In this document: piece by piece, positions 46,827 through 48,720 of the stretch
How the letters are laid out: each line of letters starts with the position of its first letter
Position numbering within the stretch: position 1 is the first letter of the stretch
Source: Craspedostauros australis
Taxonomy: Eukaryota
NCBI GenBank assembly: GCA_030167865.1
Contig: JALAGF010003500.1
Span: forward strand, 1-48,720
Length of the DNA stretch: 48,720 nt
Direction of reading: 5' to 3'
Notes under the pieces: generated by a model
Seen by the model: only the letters and a program-made list of their open reading frames with translations
Told to the model about the DNA's origin: nothing
Database searches by the model: none
Made by a program: the position numbers and the translations under genes

Positions 46827-47190
46827 GTTTTGTCGTCTCGGTTGGCTGTGACGGACTGGTCTGTCCTTCATTGCAGCTCATCGAGAATCCCAGTACCGAG
46901 AGGAATGTAGTTTGCTTCCCCAACACTTGTAGTCGAACACGCCATGGGCCTCTTGTGCGTCGATCTGACTTTTGCGAAATTCAACGGACACTGTCGTGGA
47001 CACACGCCCAGACTGGTGCTTTTTTCACAGATGCAGCGACGCGCCCAAATTGCCGAACAAATGAAAGAACAACAAGAACACATCACCGACAGTCTGCACA
47101 CATCTGTTGCACGTGTGCAAACGTTGTTGTTGCACTCTGATGTAGAACCAGAAAAGGCCACAACCACAACTCAGACACCATCTCAACATC

Positions 47191-48657
47191 ATGGCACCGT
47201 CAACAACTACCACGCCTCCGGCCACGAAAGCTCCACCATCTCGAATCGTGAACAACAAGCCAGTTTTTGCGCTCGCCATTTCCATCATAATCGCATTGGC
47301 AAATTGGAACTTCTCTTCGCGTATAGTGCGATCTTTCCAAATCCTCGATGATCTGGCGAGAGATGCCATCGACGCTCCCACCAAGGCAGCTGGAGATGAT
47401 TCACATCCATACCGATGGACCCACAACATCACGAACTTTCCTGCCTTCATGTTACAGTGGCCAACTGATCCTTTCGAACCCGATGAGTGCAACATCCTCA
47501 ACGCATCAATGCCGTACTTCTTCAACATAACTGACTATCCCAGATCATACAGTTTAGATGAAGCCATAACCGTCCAGAACGGCAATCTTGCCAAAGCGTG
47601 GGATCAAGTTGGCGGCATCACAAAGGAAGCTAACCAGGCAAACCATTCGGCGAATGGACAAACTCCCCACATGAAGGTTGAGACTGTTGCATGCGCAATG
47701 AGTTACTACTGGGTAGAGTGGCACTTTCCACATCTGATGCAGAATCTCGTGGCATGCTGGTCGTTGTGGCGGCACTTTCCAGACGCTCAGCATATCTTTG
47801 CTGTTGGCAACGGCTATAGAAAGCGCTACGGCAGTCTATCCCCGTATAATGTGGGGATTTTGAACCTGCTGCAGGCGCACAACATCAAATTCCAACGCAG
47901 GGGCCACGGTGTACTTATGGAAGACGTGAAGGGTGTTGACAGCCCTCTCATCATTGGTCGTGCAAAAAGGGATGTATCAAGCGGCTTTCGAGTGGTCAAC
48001 GAAGATGATATGCAGGACCTGAGGCACAGTTTCTTGTCGTTGCTGGGCATGGATGAAACCGAACAAAGGTCATGCGGAGTGGTTTCTACATCCAACAGGC
48101 GTAACGTGTCACTCACAGGAACTACGACGAACGATGATTCAGTGGGTGGCGATAGCTCAAACATCCATCAACCCCGCACGCCGCGGATCGTCATCATCAA
48201 TCGCATGGGTGGGAGGCGAACGAAGGGGGCGCACAATGTCTCCATGATGTTGCAGGATGAACTTCGCCTTCCATACCGACCGCCTGTCGTGTTCCTTGAG
48301 GACATGTCATTGGAACAGCAAATAGAGGCCTTCTTCAACATCGATATTCTGTTGTCGCCGCACGGTGCGCAACTGACGTCAACCCCATTCATGCCTCGTT
48401 GCAGCTCAATGATCGAGGTGCTCCCATTTTCCTACGACTTGAACAGATTCTTTGGTACGCTGGCCGCACTGTCTGGCGTGAATCACTCGTACGTCTACCT
48501 TGGAGAGGATCCGGTTGGGGAAACACGTCTCGCCAAGGCCACACAACAACGAGGCATTGCCCAATCGAGTTTGCTGTGTGCACCTGCGCGTCCGGTGATC
48601 GATGCCGTGAAGATCCAGGTTGAGCAGTGGCAACGGTGCTGTGGATTCGTTGGGTGA
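47191..48657 (+). CDS. Glycosyltransferase family 61-like (DUF563) type II membrane protein (488 aa)
   Basis: N-terminal transmembrane segment (VFALAISIIIALA), HFPHLMQNL, RIVIINR and the GT61-type C-terminal signature EQQIEAFFNIDILLSPHGAQLTSTPFM..MIEVLP. Confidence 0.85.
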   Translation: MAPSTTTTPPATKAPPSRIVNNKPVFALAISIIIALANWNFSSRIVRSFQILDDLARDAIDAPTKAAGDDSHPYRWTHNITNFPAFMLQWPTDPFEPDECNILNASMPYFFNITDYPRSYSLDEAITVQNGNLAKAWDQVGGITKEANQANHSANGQTPHMKVETVACAMSYYWVEWHFPHLMQNLVACWSLWRHFPDAQHIFAVGNGYRKRYGSLSPYNVGILNLLQAHNIKFQRRGHGVLMEDVKGVDSPLIIGRAKRDVSSGFRVVNEDDMQDLRHSFLSLLGMDETEQRSCGVVSTSNRRNVSLTGTTTNDDSVGGDSSNIHQPRTPRIVIINRMGGRRTKGAHNVSMMLQDELRLPYRPPVVFLEDMSLEQQIEAFFNIDILLSPHGAQLTSTPFMPRCSSMIEVLPFSYDLNRFFGTLAALSGVNHSYVYLGEDPVGETRLAKATQQRGIAQSSLLCAPARPVIDAVKIQVEQWQRCCGFVG

Positions 48658-48720
48658 GAGGGTTCGTTGAGCAATGCGGTCTCTTTCTCTCTATCCTGGG
48701 AGCGCGCGACAACTGGGATG

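Overview
Eukaryotic nuclear DNA, most likely a diatom. The evidence is an exact ASAFAP motif, two heat-shock factors, GT-AG introns and a diatom-style RNase H retroelement; the species cannot be determined from sequence alone. About 12 protein-coding genes lie between long, microsatellite-rich spacers. In order: a partial ASAFAP-presequence gene, a low-complexity protein with repeated YLxx(L/I) motifs, a RING-H2 protein, a tandem pair of spliced HSF transcription factors (one with a 13-nt microexon), a Stc1-like/C2H2 zinc-finger protein, a Gln-rich protein, a decayed non-LTR retrotransposon, a Ser-rich RRYQRRGS-motif protein, RanGAP, glutathione synthetase (possible organelle presequence), condensin SMC4, a probably GPI-anchored trypsin-like protease and a GT61-like glycosyltransferase. 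Exon structures were worked out by hand from the sequence. No RNA genes or CRISPR arrays were found. I see no multi-gene novel system. The best leads are the HSF microexon, the YLxx(L/I)-repeat protein, the Stc1-like finger and the glutathione synthetase extension.
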